A stretch of 64,000 bases of DNA from Nitrospinales bacterium (GTDB taxonomy: Bacteria > Nitrospinota > Nitrospinia > Nitrospinales > VA-1). The DNA lies in contig OZ253496.1 in NCBI GenBank assembly GCA_965262115.1, positions 1,888,001-1,952,000 of the forward strand. The letters run 5' to 3'. The notes under the pieces are model-generated. The model had not been told where the DNA came from. It saw nothing but the letters and a program-made list of their open reading frames with translations, and made no database searches. The translations under genes and the position numbers were made by a program. Positions within the stretch are counted from its first letter, which is position 1, and each line of letters starts with the position of its first letter. Below, in pieces: positions 55,013 through 64,000 of this stretch.

Positions 55013-55302
55013 ATTGAATGTTCAATCCTAGAATGGCTAAGAGTTGTTTGTGTAAAATAAAAGCATATTATAATAAACAATATTTGCCTGAGTTACGTCC
55101 GCTTAGGGTCGTTTGCGGTCTTAAGATCAGCGTGAATCCAGGGGGCAAGCTCATTCCTGCCCCGTCATTGGTTCTTATTCCACATTCGAATTTTACAGGT
55201 TTGGCGGGGGTAGTACAAGGTTGCCCGGTTATCGTTATTATTTATATCATTTTCGGGTTTCCGATCAGGTTGGTTTACAACTCCCGCCTGTTGCTCTCCG
55301 TT

Positions 55303-56628
55303 TCATTTAGTTCCCCTCTTTAACTCCGTTGTATCGGCGCGATGTTCGAGAATGAGAAACAACGTTAGTGCCACCGCCCCGACCGCCGAAACAACCAGTA
55401 AGATAGTTAAAAACTGACTCCAGCCATCGGCTCGGTCTGCCACCGCGCCGCCGATGAAATCAAAAGCCATGGCGAATGTATAACCCACAGCATCTATAAT
55501 TCCAACCAAAACGCCACAGCGAACGCCACCAAACTCAACGGAGAAAACGCTCATCGGGATGTAATAGCACGGTGATATCGCCACACCAAAAAACATGATG
55601 GCTGCCAAAGTGGTCCAGAGTGCCAGGGTATGGGTCAAACCCAATGAGGGAATCAGCAGCAGTGCCGCCAGACAAAATACAGAAAACACCATCATGCCGC
55701 CGAGAACAAAAATGCGGGTTCTCTTGCTGATGACGTCGAAAACAAATCCGCCTAACAGCGCAGAAATCAAACAACCAATGGGAAAAGCAGAAGATGTCAT
55801 CACTGCAATTCCTGCGGTCAATCCAAATGTTTCTTTCAGATAAATGGGAATAAAACCCTGGATCTCAAAAAGAACCGTGAGGCAGGTGATGCTTAAACAG
55901 ATCAGCCAAACCCGAGGGCTTTTAGAAAAATAGAGCAAGGCCTGGGACAAAGTCAGACCATCCACAGGATGAGGCTTTTTCTCGACCTCTTTTTCTTCAG
56001 CCGTGGCCGCCAGCCCTGCATCTTTTGGAGATTGTTTCAGAATGAAAATGATGAGCAAAAGAACGACACCGGCTATCGCAACTGCCGTTGCGATCACACC
56101 TTGCCAGGATATCACCAGAAAAAGGCTTCCTAGCCCCAGTGTTGTGACTACTGAACTGAACCTGGAGCTGGACGAAATGATACCCCATATTCGACCCCGC
56201 CAATTCTGCGGATACCAAATACGAATGAGGTTGGCCATTGCAGGCCAGCCTGCAGATTTTCCAAACAACGCCACAAAGTAAGCGATTGAAAAAAAGAGCA
56301 CGCCTGACATTGTGCTGAAAACAGTCGTGGCCAGCATGCAAAGGGACAAGGAAAAAATGAAAACTCGTCGCCCACCGAATCTGTCGGCCAAAACTCCATT
56401 AATGAGTTTGCCAGCCACCGTACCGGCTGTACCCCAGCCAAGAATTGCACCCCAGGCGGTTTTAGTCAGGCCCAGCATAGGATCGTCGAGCATTGCCGGG
56501 CCGGAAATCACAACGGTCTTGCGGCACATATAAAGTGCCGCGTAGCCCACGTACATGCAACCTAAGACGATCATTTCCCATCTAAATCTGGGATCCTGGC
56601 GAAATCGATCTATCAAGTTGGCACTCAT
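55303..56628 (-). CDS. MFS transporter (GlpT/UhpC-like)
   Basis: Y.CRK, G.LADRFGGRR, GWP......WYP...RG..WG; about 12 TM. Confidence 0.88.
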   Translation of the reverse strand: MSANLIDRFRQDPRFRWEMIVLGCMYVGYAALYMCRKTVVISGPAMLDDPMLGLTKTAWGAILGWGTAGTVAGKLINGVLADRFGGRRVFIFSLSLCMLATTVFSTMSGVLFFSIAYFVALFGKSAGWPAMANLIRIWYPQNWRGRIWGIISSSSRFSSVVTTLGLGSLFLVISWQGVIATAVAIAGVVLLLIIFILKQSPKDAGLAATAEEKEVEKKPHPVDGLTLSQALLYFSKSPRVWLICLSITCLTVLFEIQGFIPIYLKETFGLTAGIAVMTSSAFPIGCLISALLGGFVFDVISKRTRIFVLGGMMVFSVFCLAALLLIPSLGLTHTLALWTTLAAIMFFGVAISPCYYIPMSVFSVEFGGVRCGVLVGIIDAVGYTFAMAFDFIGGAVADRADGWSQFLTILLVVSAVGAVALTLFLILEHRADTTELKRGTK

Positions 56629-56634
56629 CCTGGA

Positions 56635-57132
56635 TCATTCATTTTTTTTTAAGATGTTTACCGTTTTGGAAAAAACCATGGAGTTGGGAATCAAAATAAT
56701 TTTTTCATTATTTTCGAGGGTGGTGTAGCGAAAATCGATATGGGCCACTTTCCCCTCCTCTCCTGACACAACAATAAAATCTCCGATATCAAAGGGGTGA
56801 TAGACTAAAATCAAAACCCCCGACAATAAATTTGAAATCGTATCTTTGAGAGCAAAGCCCAACGCAAAGCCCGAAAGCCCCAAGCCGGCTACCAGCGCAG
56901 AAACATTTATTCCCAAAGTTCCCAAAGCGGTAACAGTACCAAATGCCAGAATACTTACCTTTGCGACTCCGGAAACAAGAGAACTTATAGGTTCTTGCAG
57001 GCCCCATCGGTCTCCAAATTTTCTTAACATGGTCTGGGTTGTTTTTGAGATGACCCAAAAACAAAAAAAGACCGCTATTGCCATGCCCAGCTTTGGCAAC
57101 CACAGTAGCAATTGATCTTCAATAGTCTGCAT
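56635..57132 (-). CDS. Short MscS-family mechanosensitive channel
   Basis: AGLGLSGFALGFALKDTISNLLSG, PF.IGD.I, IPNS. Confidence 0.88.
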   Translation of the reverse strand: MQTIEDQLLLWLPKLGMAIAVFFCFWVISKTTQTMLRKFGDRWGLQEPISSLVSGVAKVSILAFGTVTALGTLGINVSALVAGLGLSGFALGFALKDTISNLLSGVLILVYHPFDIGDFIVVSGEEGKVAHIDFRYTTLENNEKIILIPNSMVFSKTVNILKKNE

Positions 57133-57264
57133 CCTGCCACCTCCGTCGAAACTTGATTTACAATAATTTTAAAAATTTCAACTCATTTGGGCTTTTCAAT
57201 TCCCACGATACAATACAATCCACTAAAAAAGGGGTCAACCCTTTCGAGTTAACCCCTTTATATA

Positions 57265-57310
57265 TGATGGACTTGATGGGGATCGAACCAAGGACCTACT
57301 GATTAAGAGT
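57265..57310 (-). other. 3' half of a tRNA-Lys(CTT)-like gene, att-site remnant followed by a hairpin (57225-57258)
   Basis: Minus strand ACTCTTAATCAGTAGGTCCTTGGTTCGATCCCCATCAAGTCCATCA; no 5' half. Confidence 0.7.
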
Positions 57311-57356
57311 GGCCACTTTACTCTTCTTATCACGATTACCGTATAATTTTAGTGCT

Positions 57357-57692
57357 ATGGTCGAACTTCTTCTTATCATTCATTTTGTCATTATTCTGTT
57401 TATCATTTTCGGGTTGCCGGTCGGTCTGTATTTTAACTCCCGTCTGTTCCGCATCATCCACGCTAGTTCCCTGGCGGGGGTCGCCCTGCTGATGGTTCTG
57501 AAAGTCCCCTGTCCCTTGACCATCTGGGAAGAGATGTTGAGACAAAGCCCGGTCTATGAAGGGTCTTTCATAACAAGCTGGCTCAACCGGATCATCTATC
57601 TGGAAGATTTTGATCCCACCTTCGTGCCTTACCTGAGTGTGGGTTTCTTTTTTCTGGTTTCCCTTAAAACCTTACGGACATTTAAAAAATAA
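57357..57692 (+). CDS. DUF2784-like membrane protein
   Basis: IHF...FR.IH...CPLT.WE..LR...Y.GSFI..W...IIY. Confidence 0.8.
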   Translation: MVELLLIIHFVIILFIIFGLPVGLYFNSRLFRIIHASSLAGVALLMVLKVPCPLTIWEEMLRQSPVYEGSFITSWLNRIIYLEDFDPTFVPYLSVGFFFLVSLKTLRTFKK

Positions 57693-57709
57693 AAATATGG
57701 AATCCTAAA

Positions 57710-57931
57710 TTGAAGAAAACCATAGGCTATATATTATTGGTTCTGTCCTTCGTTCCGTGGGCACTCATTGCTCTCCTCCCATTTCTGGACTTGTCAACAG
57801 GACAGATAGCCGGTGCGACTACAATTTTAATCATTGCAGCGGAGGTGGCATTCTTTGCAGCTATTGCTTTATTGGGTAAAGAAGTTTGGCAACGTATCAA
57901 AGCAATATTTAAACCAGGGCCGAAGGGGTAG
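57710..57931 (+). CDS. Small membrane protein (transporter-suffix-domain-like)
   Basis: Two TM; AEV.F..A..LLGKE. Confidence 0.7.
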   Translation: MKKTIGYILLVLSFVPWALIALLPFLDLSTGQIAGATTILIIAAEVAFFAAIALLGKEVWQRIKAIFKPGPKG

Positions 57932-57948
57932 AAGAGATCCTGGAGGGT

Positions 57949-58509
57949 TTAGTACGCCGATTGGCGTTTTTCGAATTTATGCGAATGTAAAAGTTTCCGC
58001 GCTTCCTGGGCCAGGGTTTTGAGTCCGGAAAATTCATCTGCATTCTCGTTGCTCTTTAACGCCAGCACCTTTTTCTGTTTTGCCAGATACAGCAGCCCCT
58101 CGTAACGGATGACCCCGGTCTTCAGGTTTCGCCGGAAGATGAAGATTACATCCTCATCATATTGTTGAGCCAGTTCCTGCAGTCGATCCCGCGTGACCGG
58201 TCCGGTAAAAGCTTCCCCGGCTTTGGCGGGCGCAATGCGGGCCGGGTCTACCTTCAACAGGGTTTTACGGATCTGTTTGAGGTCGGGTGGGATTACGTCC
58301 TTTTCACTAGTTTGGCTGGCGCGGTTTTCGATCACCCGCAGGGATTGAGGAAACACCAGCATCTTGATGGCGCTGTCCGATTTGCCTTTGTCAATCAGGT
58401 CGGCATCCGCTGGGACTGCCGTTAAAGTGCAGAGCGACGCAAAAAGACAGGAAGCAAACAGGCACGCGTTTTCAGTTCGGCTTTTACTATTTTGTATAAA
58501 GTTAAACAT
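57949..58509 (-). CDS. Secreted hypothetical protein
   Basis: 186-aa ORF with signal-like N-terminus. Confidence 0.55.
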   Translation of the reverse strand: MFNFIQNSKSRTENACLFASCLFASLCTLTAVPADADLIDKGKSDSAIKMLVFPQSLRVIENRASQTSEKDVIPPDLKQIRKTLLKVDPARIAPAKAGEAFTGPVTRDRLQELAQQYDEDVIFIFRRNLKTGVIRYEGLLYLAKQKKVLALKSNENADEFSGLKTLAQEARKLLHSHKFEKRQSAY

Positions 58510-58627
58510 AGAGTCTGAATCTGTTCCTGCAAGTAAAATGGAGGCTCTGTCTTTTCCTTGAATTTTACTTGTTATAATCGGTCGGGTATACTGGTTCTTT
58601 TAAAAAAACACTCTGGGGTTTTGATTT

Positions 58628-59344
58628 ATGAAATTCCTCAAAATTTTCCTGATTGTCCAGATGGTGATGGTTGCGCCTTGGCTGTTAAACCCGGCACAGG
58701 CTGACAACTCAAAAATATGCTATGACCTGCTTCGTCCCCTTGAAAAGCAGGTTCAAAAGATTAAAGACCGTGGCGGGATATGGGAATTGTTTGAGAATGG
58801 AGCGGCTTTACGAAAACATTCCATTGCGGGGCTTCATGCCGACGCTAAAATAACCTCCGTCATAGACACCATAGACTACCTGTGCGAAAACCAGGAAGGT
58901 CTGCCCGTACGCGAGGTGACTCATCAACTCGTCCCCATGATGAGAAAAATGGGGCGGGAGGGTTTTATAAAACATTATTTAGCTTTTTTCCATTCCATTG
59001 AGGTGATTGAAGAATGGGCAAAGTATGCTGAATATTTTGAGGCGAATCACCAACGCAAATTGGATTTCAACCAGACGAAGACCACCCTCGACAAGGCGCA
59101 GAAATTTGTTGAGCGCTATTCGGCACTGGCCCAACATATCGACTCGGTCAATGATGAAGAATCACGCATAAAATCTTCAGGCTTGCTGGTACCTCCTCCA
59201 AATGTCGAAGGAATTGTTGAGGAATGTAAAACGCTTACTGAGGATATCAAGCAGTTCGTCGCTATAGACCCCCTTTTAATTCAAGCTAATCTTGAAAAAT
59301 CAGAGATCCCTTACGCACCCTACCTGACTGGAAGTGGAGAATAA
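58628..59344 (+). CDS. Secreted hypothetical protein
   Basis: Signal peptide ending AQA; 238 aa. Confidence 0.7.
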   Translation: MKFLKIFLIVQMVMVAPWLLNPAQADNSKICYDLLRPLEKQVQKIKDRGGIWELFENGAALRKHSIAGLHADAKITSVIDTIDYLCENQEGLPVREVTHQLVPMMRKMGREGFIKHYLAFFHSIEVIEEWAKYAEYFEANHQRKLDFNQTKTTLDKAQKFVERYSALAQHIDSVNDEESRIKSSGLLVPPPNVEGIVEECKTLTEDIKQFVAIDPLLIQANLEKSEIPYAPYLTGSGE

Positions 59345-59385
59345 GAAGCACCCTCTTTGAGGGAGAGCTTTACATAACCCCGGAT

Positions 59386-59561
59386 TACCCCTGCGGGGCA
59401 TGAAGTTTAATGAAGAGGATATCACATACCCCTGCGGGGCACGAAGGTTAAGGAAAAATATCACGTCTTCGTCACTTTGTTCCTCAGAATGACAAAATAG
59501 CCCAGTATTGTCATGCTGAGCTAGTGATATTTGACCTTTGAATTCTTGCCCCGTAGGGGTG
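59386..59561. repeat. Three mini-element units (59386-59426 +, 59427-59465 +, 59523-59561 -) inside CGTC-type repeats
   Basis: TACCCCTGCGGGGCATGAAG..ATCACA then TACCCCTGCGGGGCACGAAG..ATCACG; the third unit splits GTCATGCTGAGCT|TCTCGAAGCAT. Confidence 0.88.
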
Positions 59562-59637
59562 TCTCGAAGCATCTTGCTTCTTCGTTTGTTCGACTTACGC
59601 AAAGGTCTCTCTGCGAAAGGCCTAATAGATAAAGCTC

Positions 59638-59976
59638 TTAAGCGGGTGGGGTGTCGGTCGATTCTTGCGGCTCATTCCCTCCCTCGTCAGAGGGATCGCT
59701 GGTGTCGTTGCTGGTGCCGGACCAATCCTCTTCGGCGAAGCGGTCGGTCATGGTGTGCAGGTCTTTTTTGTTGCGTTGAATTTTTTTCAGCAGGATTTTG
59801 GTTTCTTCATCGGGGAACAGGTCGTTCAGGTCGCTCTCTTCTTCGGGGAACACTGCGTTCAGGTCCACTGTTTCCGGGAACGGCAATGTGCTTTGCGGCG
59901 GAACAGGCATTTGCTCTTCTTCGTTGACGATTGCTTCCGGTTCTTGGGGGGGGGGGGGGGGGTGTTCTTCGTTCAT
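59638..59976 (-). CDS. Acidic low-complexity hypothetical protein with a C17 tract
   Basis: 112 aa, GGAG RBS, poly-Pro encoded by 59946-59962. Confidence 0.55.
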   Translation of the reverse strand: MNEEHPPPPPQEPEAIVNEEEQMPVPPQSTLPFPETVDLNAVFPEEESDLNDLFPDEETKILLKKIQRNKKDLHTMTDRFAEEDWSGTSNDTSDPSDEGGNEPQESTDTPPA

Positions 59977-60150
59977 GCTCAGGTCTCCGTTCTGTTCTGC
60001 ATACTACTTAAAAATTTTTACTAAATCAAATCTCATGGAGGTCAATCACCCCCACCCTCTTTAAAAAGAGGGAGCAAAACCCTTTCAAGCCGAGACAACT
60101 GTTTGCCTGCAGAAAAAACATATTGCTAGTTGAGTCCAGCGTCACGCTGG

Positions 60151-60627
60151 TTAATAGCGGGCGAGCCATATTCCGAGGAACAGGGCGATGGCGATCATCC
60201 ATAGGGTCATTTTGCTCAGGCCGATCATCTTTTTGAGGTTCGGCGACACCAGATCTTTGTTAGCCGGCTTCAGGTCGAGGTCCGAGATCTGGATTCTCAG
60301 TGAGAAGGTGACATACATGCTGGTGAAAAATGCTCCTGCCACGAACAGCATCTTGATTCCGAACAGGTTGTAGTAACCGGGTTTGAGTCCGACCTGCGCC
60401 GAATAGTTTTCCAGCAGATAGTAGACCCCTGATCCTATGAGCATGAGCAAGCTGGCGAATACGGTTGGCGCCAGCAGGTCGAGGATTTTATAAGACGGCG
60501 AATTTTCATCGCGGTCGCCCGGATTTTTTTCGACCACGGGCAGGTAGACCTTCAGGCAATAGATGCTACTGCCCAACGCGACCCCTGTTGCCAGCAGGTG
60601 AATGAAAATGATGATGACGTTGGTCAT
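60151..60627 (-). CDS. Four-TM membrane protein (CopD/DUF4149-like)
   Basis: IHLL..G...GS, L..SG, Y...F.IK. Confidence 0.6.
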   Translation of the reverse strand: MTNVIIIFIHLLATGVALGSSIYCLKVYLPVVEKNPGDRDENSPSYKILDLLAPTVFASLLMLIGSGVYYLLENYSAQVGLKPGYYNLFGIKMLFVAGAFFTSMYVTFSLRIQISDLDLKPANKDLVSPNLKKMIGLSKMTLWMIAIALFLGIWLARY

Positions 60628-62144
60628 TTAGTTCGGCGGTGTTCCAGATAATGGATGAGCAGGCGCACGCCATAGCCGGACGCGCCTTTTGGGGTGTAGG
60701 CGGTTGCTTCTCCCCATGCGGTGCCGGCGATATCGATATGGGTCCAGGGCTGGTCGCCCGCGAATGCTTTGAGAAACGCGGCGCCCATGCTGCTGCCTGC
60801 GCCGACTCCCGGTGACGCGATATTTTTGAGATCGGCGATATCGCTTTTGGTGGCTTTATCAAATTCTTCCCACAGTGGCAGTTCCCACACCCGTTCACCT
60901 GTGGCATCGCCGGATTCTTTCAGACGTTTGATCATGGCAGGGTTGGTGCCAATGACGGCGGCGGCCTGGTGTCCCAATGCCATGATCACCGCACCGGTCA
61001 AAGTGGCGAGGTCGATCACTTCTTTTGGTTTATAGCGTTGCGCGTAGGTCAGCGCGTCTGCGAGGACCAGTCGGCCTTCGGCATCGGTATTGAGCACTTC
61101 GATAGTTTTGCCGGACATGCTTTTTAAAATATCGCCGGGTTTGATGGCTGATCCACCGGGCATATTTTCTGCCGCGGCCACGATGCCGATGACGTTGACC
61201 GGCAGTTTCAGGCTGGCGATGGCTTGCAGGGTCGAAAGCGTTGTGGCGGCGCCGGACATATCCATCTTCATCTCGTCCATGCCCGCTCCCGGTTTGAGCG
61301 AAATGCCGCCGGTGTCGAAGGTGACGCCTTTACCCACTATGACGGTCGGGGCTTTCTTTTTAGCGGTGCCGAAATACTCCAGCACGATCAGTGCGGGCGG
61401 TTCATGACTGCCGCGCGAAACGCCGAGCAGGGCACCCATGCAGAGTTTTTCCATTTCCTTTTTGCCCAGCACCTTGCAGGTGATTTTAGATTTGCGGGCG
61501 ATTTTTTTTGCGTGGTCCGCAAGATAAGTCGGGGTCGCCGTGTTACCGGGATGCGAGATTAAATTTCTTGCCGCATGCACGGCGCTGACGATTTTTTCGG
61601 CCCGGTCAATGGCTTTCTCCAATATGGCGGTTTTCGTTTTTGATTCCGCAACCAGGGTCAGCTTTTGCAGTCGGCTGGGCGGATCGTCTTTTTCATCCTG
61701 GCTTTTGTATTCGTCGAAATGGTAGAGGGCGAGTCCTGCCCCTTCTGCCACGGCCCCGGCAAATTCGCCATAGCGCGGACCTTTGGCGATTTTCTCGAAA
61801 CAGCCTAAATAATCCGAAACCGATTTGAAGTTTGATTTTTCCGCCAGCTTGGCTGCGGTCCCCGATGCTTTGCAGATTTTTTCGGCGGTGAGGTCTTTGG
61901 TTTTTCCGATACCGACCAGCAGCAGGTTGTCGGCTTTCAGGTTGCCGTTACAACTCAGCAAAAGGGTCTGGTTGGATTTTCCCTCGAAGCGTTTGTTTTC
62001 AAATGCCGTGGTGATGGCGCCGTTGAGGGCGGTGTCAACGTCCTTCAAAGTTCCGCCCGGTTTTTTTTCTTCCGGGCAGGGCAGAATGAGGCATTCGGTT
62101 TTATGGTTAAGGGGGCTATCGGATTTCTGGTTTATTTTTATCAT
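60624..62144 (-). CDS. pepA: Leucyl aminopeptidase (M17)
   Basis: VGKGVTFDTGGISLK, MKMDMSGAA, NTDAEGRL, DLATLTGA, HIDIAG. Confidence 0.96.
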   Translation of the reverse strand: MIKINQKSDSPLNHKTECLILPCPEEKKPGGTLKDVDTALNGAITTAFENKRFEGKSNQTLLLSCNGNLKADNLLLVGIGKTKDLTAEKICKASGTAAKLAEKSNFKSVSDYLGCFEKIAKGPRYGEFAGAVAEGAGLALYHFDEYKSQDEKDDPPSRLQKLTLVAESKTKTAILEKAIDRAEKIVSAVHAARNLISHPGNTATPTYLADHAKKIARKSKITCKVLGKKEMEKLCMGALLGVSRGSHEPPALIVLEYFGTAKKKAPTVIVGKGVTFDTGGISLKPGAGMDEMKMDMSGAATTLSTLQAIASLKLPVNVIGIVAAAENMPGGSAIKPGDILKSMSGKTIEVLNTDAEGRLVLADALTYAQRYKPKEVIDLATLTGAVIMALGHQAAAVIGTNPAMIKRLKESGDATGERVWELPLWEEFDKATKSDIADLKNIASPGVGAGSSMGAAFLKAFAGDQPWTHIDIAGTAWGEATAYTPKGASGYGVRLLIHYLEHRRTK

Positions 62145-62287
62145 GGTCTCCTCTTATAAGGTAGAGGCTGTTAGTGGGGTTTGCGCCAAAGTGGGGCTCG
62201 CCTTAAAGTAGGGCTTGCGCCAATTAGATTAGAGTTTATATTTATGATCTACCGCAATCAACCTCAATTTTATAGATGGGGGGCCGT

Positions 62288-63349
62288 ATGAACATATTGA
62301 AGAGTTGTTTTCTTTCAAGGTTTATGGCCATCGCCCTGGTGATGGGGCTCACCGGCATGGCGCAGGCAGAAACTATCATTGAGTATTTGACACCGACTGC
62401 CGCGAGCAGTCCGGCGGGATTGGATTTCGATTCTAAAGGCAACCTCTGGTTTGTGGAGATCAACGGCAACAAGGTCGGCAAACTAACACCGGGGAAGGTG
62501 AAGGAGGGGACCTCTGACGGAATCATTGAGTATGAGATGCCTCATGCCAACAGTAGGCCACAATATCTTATAGTTTCTCGCGACGATATCGTCTGGTTCA
62601 GCGAAATAGGGGGTAACCGCATTGGGCGGCTGGACCCTGCCACTGGGGTAATAAGGGAATACGTTATTCCCACGCCTAAGAGTGAACCACATCAATTGTT
62701 TGAGTCGGAGGATGGGAAGATCTGGTTCACCGAGTTTGAAGCCAACAAAATTGGCAGGCTCGATCCGATAACGGGAGAGATCAAAGAATTCCCGGTCCAT
62801 GAAGGCCACCCGCATGATCTGGTGGTCGACGATGAATACGTCTGGTACACGCAGGGGGGCAAGTTCTGGGCCAAGGTGTTTGCCAACAAAATTGGGTATT
62901 TGGAGATTGAAACGGGCAAAGTCGGGGGAATTGTGATCCCTCCAGCAAAATCGGTTCCGCACGGGATGTTTCTCGCGTCGGATGGCACCATCTGGTTCAC
63001 CCAGTTTTTCGCCAACAAAATTTCGCGTTTGGACTTTTCAGAAGATTTCCCGCCCAAGGTGATTGACTATCAGGTTCCGGGAAAAAGAACCGGAGCGCAC
63101 GATCTCGTTGTGGATTACGACAAGCGGTGGGTCTGGTTTGTGGCCAACCACAAAGACAGCATTGGCAGGCTCGATGTAAACGAAGCCGAACCGGGAACCT
63201 CCAAAGGCATTAAACTGTTCGCTTTGCCGACCAAGGGTGCGCACCCCAGCAACCTGGTGCTGGACAAGGAAGGCAATGTCTGGTTCACGGAAATGTGAAT
63301 GTATTTCCGGGGAAGGTACCAGAATAAAATAGGCAAGTTGGTGCCTTGA
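62288..63349 (+). pseudogene. Secreted Vgb-lyase-like beta-propeller with in-frame TGA at 63296-63298
   Basis: Repeats G.xWFTE..xNKIGRLDP; the last repeat continues after the stop (MYFRGRYQNKIGKLVP). Confidence 0.75.
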
Positions 63350-63735
63350 ATTTTGGGTACCAGAGGGGGTGAGGTCGTTTGCAGGGATTGTCAGGTGAGT
63401 TTTCTCTGGAAATGAGGCTGTTGTTTCCGCTCACAACTGGTTTTACAACTTTATTATTAGAGGGTTAACGCTTGAAACCCGGTTTGGGGCCATGTTTTGA
63501 GGCCCTTAGTGTGGTCGGCTGTCAGGTTGTAAACAGGGGCTTTAAAAAATTCCCCAAAGCCTTGCAAAATCAGGTAGAAAGCAAGGATTGACAATCAGTG
63601 TGGGGGTCACTAGAATGGATGGAATTTTCCTGGGTTTTATGAGACATTGGATAATCTGGCAGGAGCTATTTTTCCCAGCCGGACAGCAAATTTTCACATA
63701 ATAATAAATTTTCGAATAACGACGGGAGATCGTCC

Positions 63736-64000
63736 ATGGAAGCCGTTGCAGAAAAAGGCCAGGCCGTTGCTCAAAAACAAGGCCAAATAAAAATAACCGT
63801 GTGTTTGAGCCTGAGTGGAATCGCTGAAGGTGGTCAGGACGTTTATGACGAGTTTCAGAAGCAGATCGGCGAAATGGAAGCCGATGCCACACTCGGTGAA
63901 CGAAAATGCGAAATGGCTCAGGTCGGGTGTCGGGGTTATTGCAGCCGCGATGTTCTGGTAGACGTTTATGTTCCCGGTGAAGATCGTGTGACTTATGAAA
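63736..64000 (+). CDS. N-terminus (runs off window) of a NuoF/HoxF-like protein with a thioredoxin-like 2Fe-2S domain
   Basis: Manual translation ..ITVCLSLSGIAEGG..VGCRGYCSRDVLVDV...VTYE; GGGAG RBS. Confidence 0.6.
   Translation, partial: MEAVAEKGQAVAQKQGQIKITVCLSLSGIAEGGQDVYDEFQKQIGEMEADATLGERKCEMAQVGCRGYCSRDVLVDVYVPGEDRVTYE

Noticed and set aside
51845..55122. Classical integron
   Set aside because: No intI, and the sites are ~30 bp without the RYYYAAC/GTTRRRY attC ends.

Overview
Bacterial chromosomal window; the gene content suggests Nitrospinota, which is an inference only. Core genes: DinG/YoaA helicase, TonB, engB, lptG, Ppx/GppA, ilvB, SspB-like, pepA, tRNA-His, two tandem B12 radical SAM enzymes, a secreted NHL-repeat protein and a four-gene c-type cytochrome operon. 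Accessory content: an AT-rich putative defence island, three tRNA 3'-half (att-like) remnants, many pseudogenes and IS fragments. The main signal is a nested set of mobile elements. (1) Three IS110 (IS621-like) copies each carry a readable bridge-RNA-like left end; its guide segments match the actual target and donor sequences around a CT core and co-vary with each copy's insertion site. (2) Their target is an apparently undescribed ~40-bp hypervariable mini-element (TACCCC-N3-GGGGCAYGAAG...ATCACR), about 18 units in 64 kb. Filled/empty-site comparisons show it inserts without target duplication into CGTC-type palindromic repeats and into an IS3. (3) The IS3::mini-element::IS110 composite occurs twice. 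Separately, ~30-bp GTCCGCT..AGCGGAC palindromes punctuate co-oriented accessory genes like a cassette array. All calls come from reading the sequence; no searches were run.
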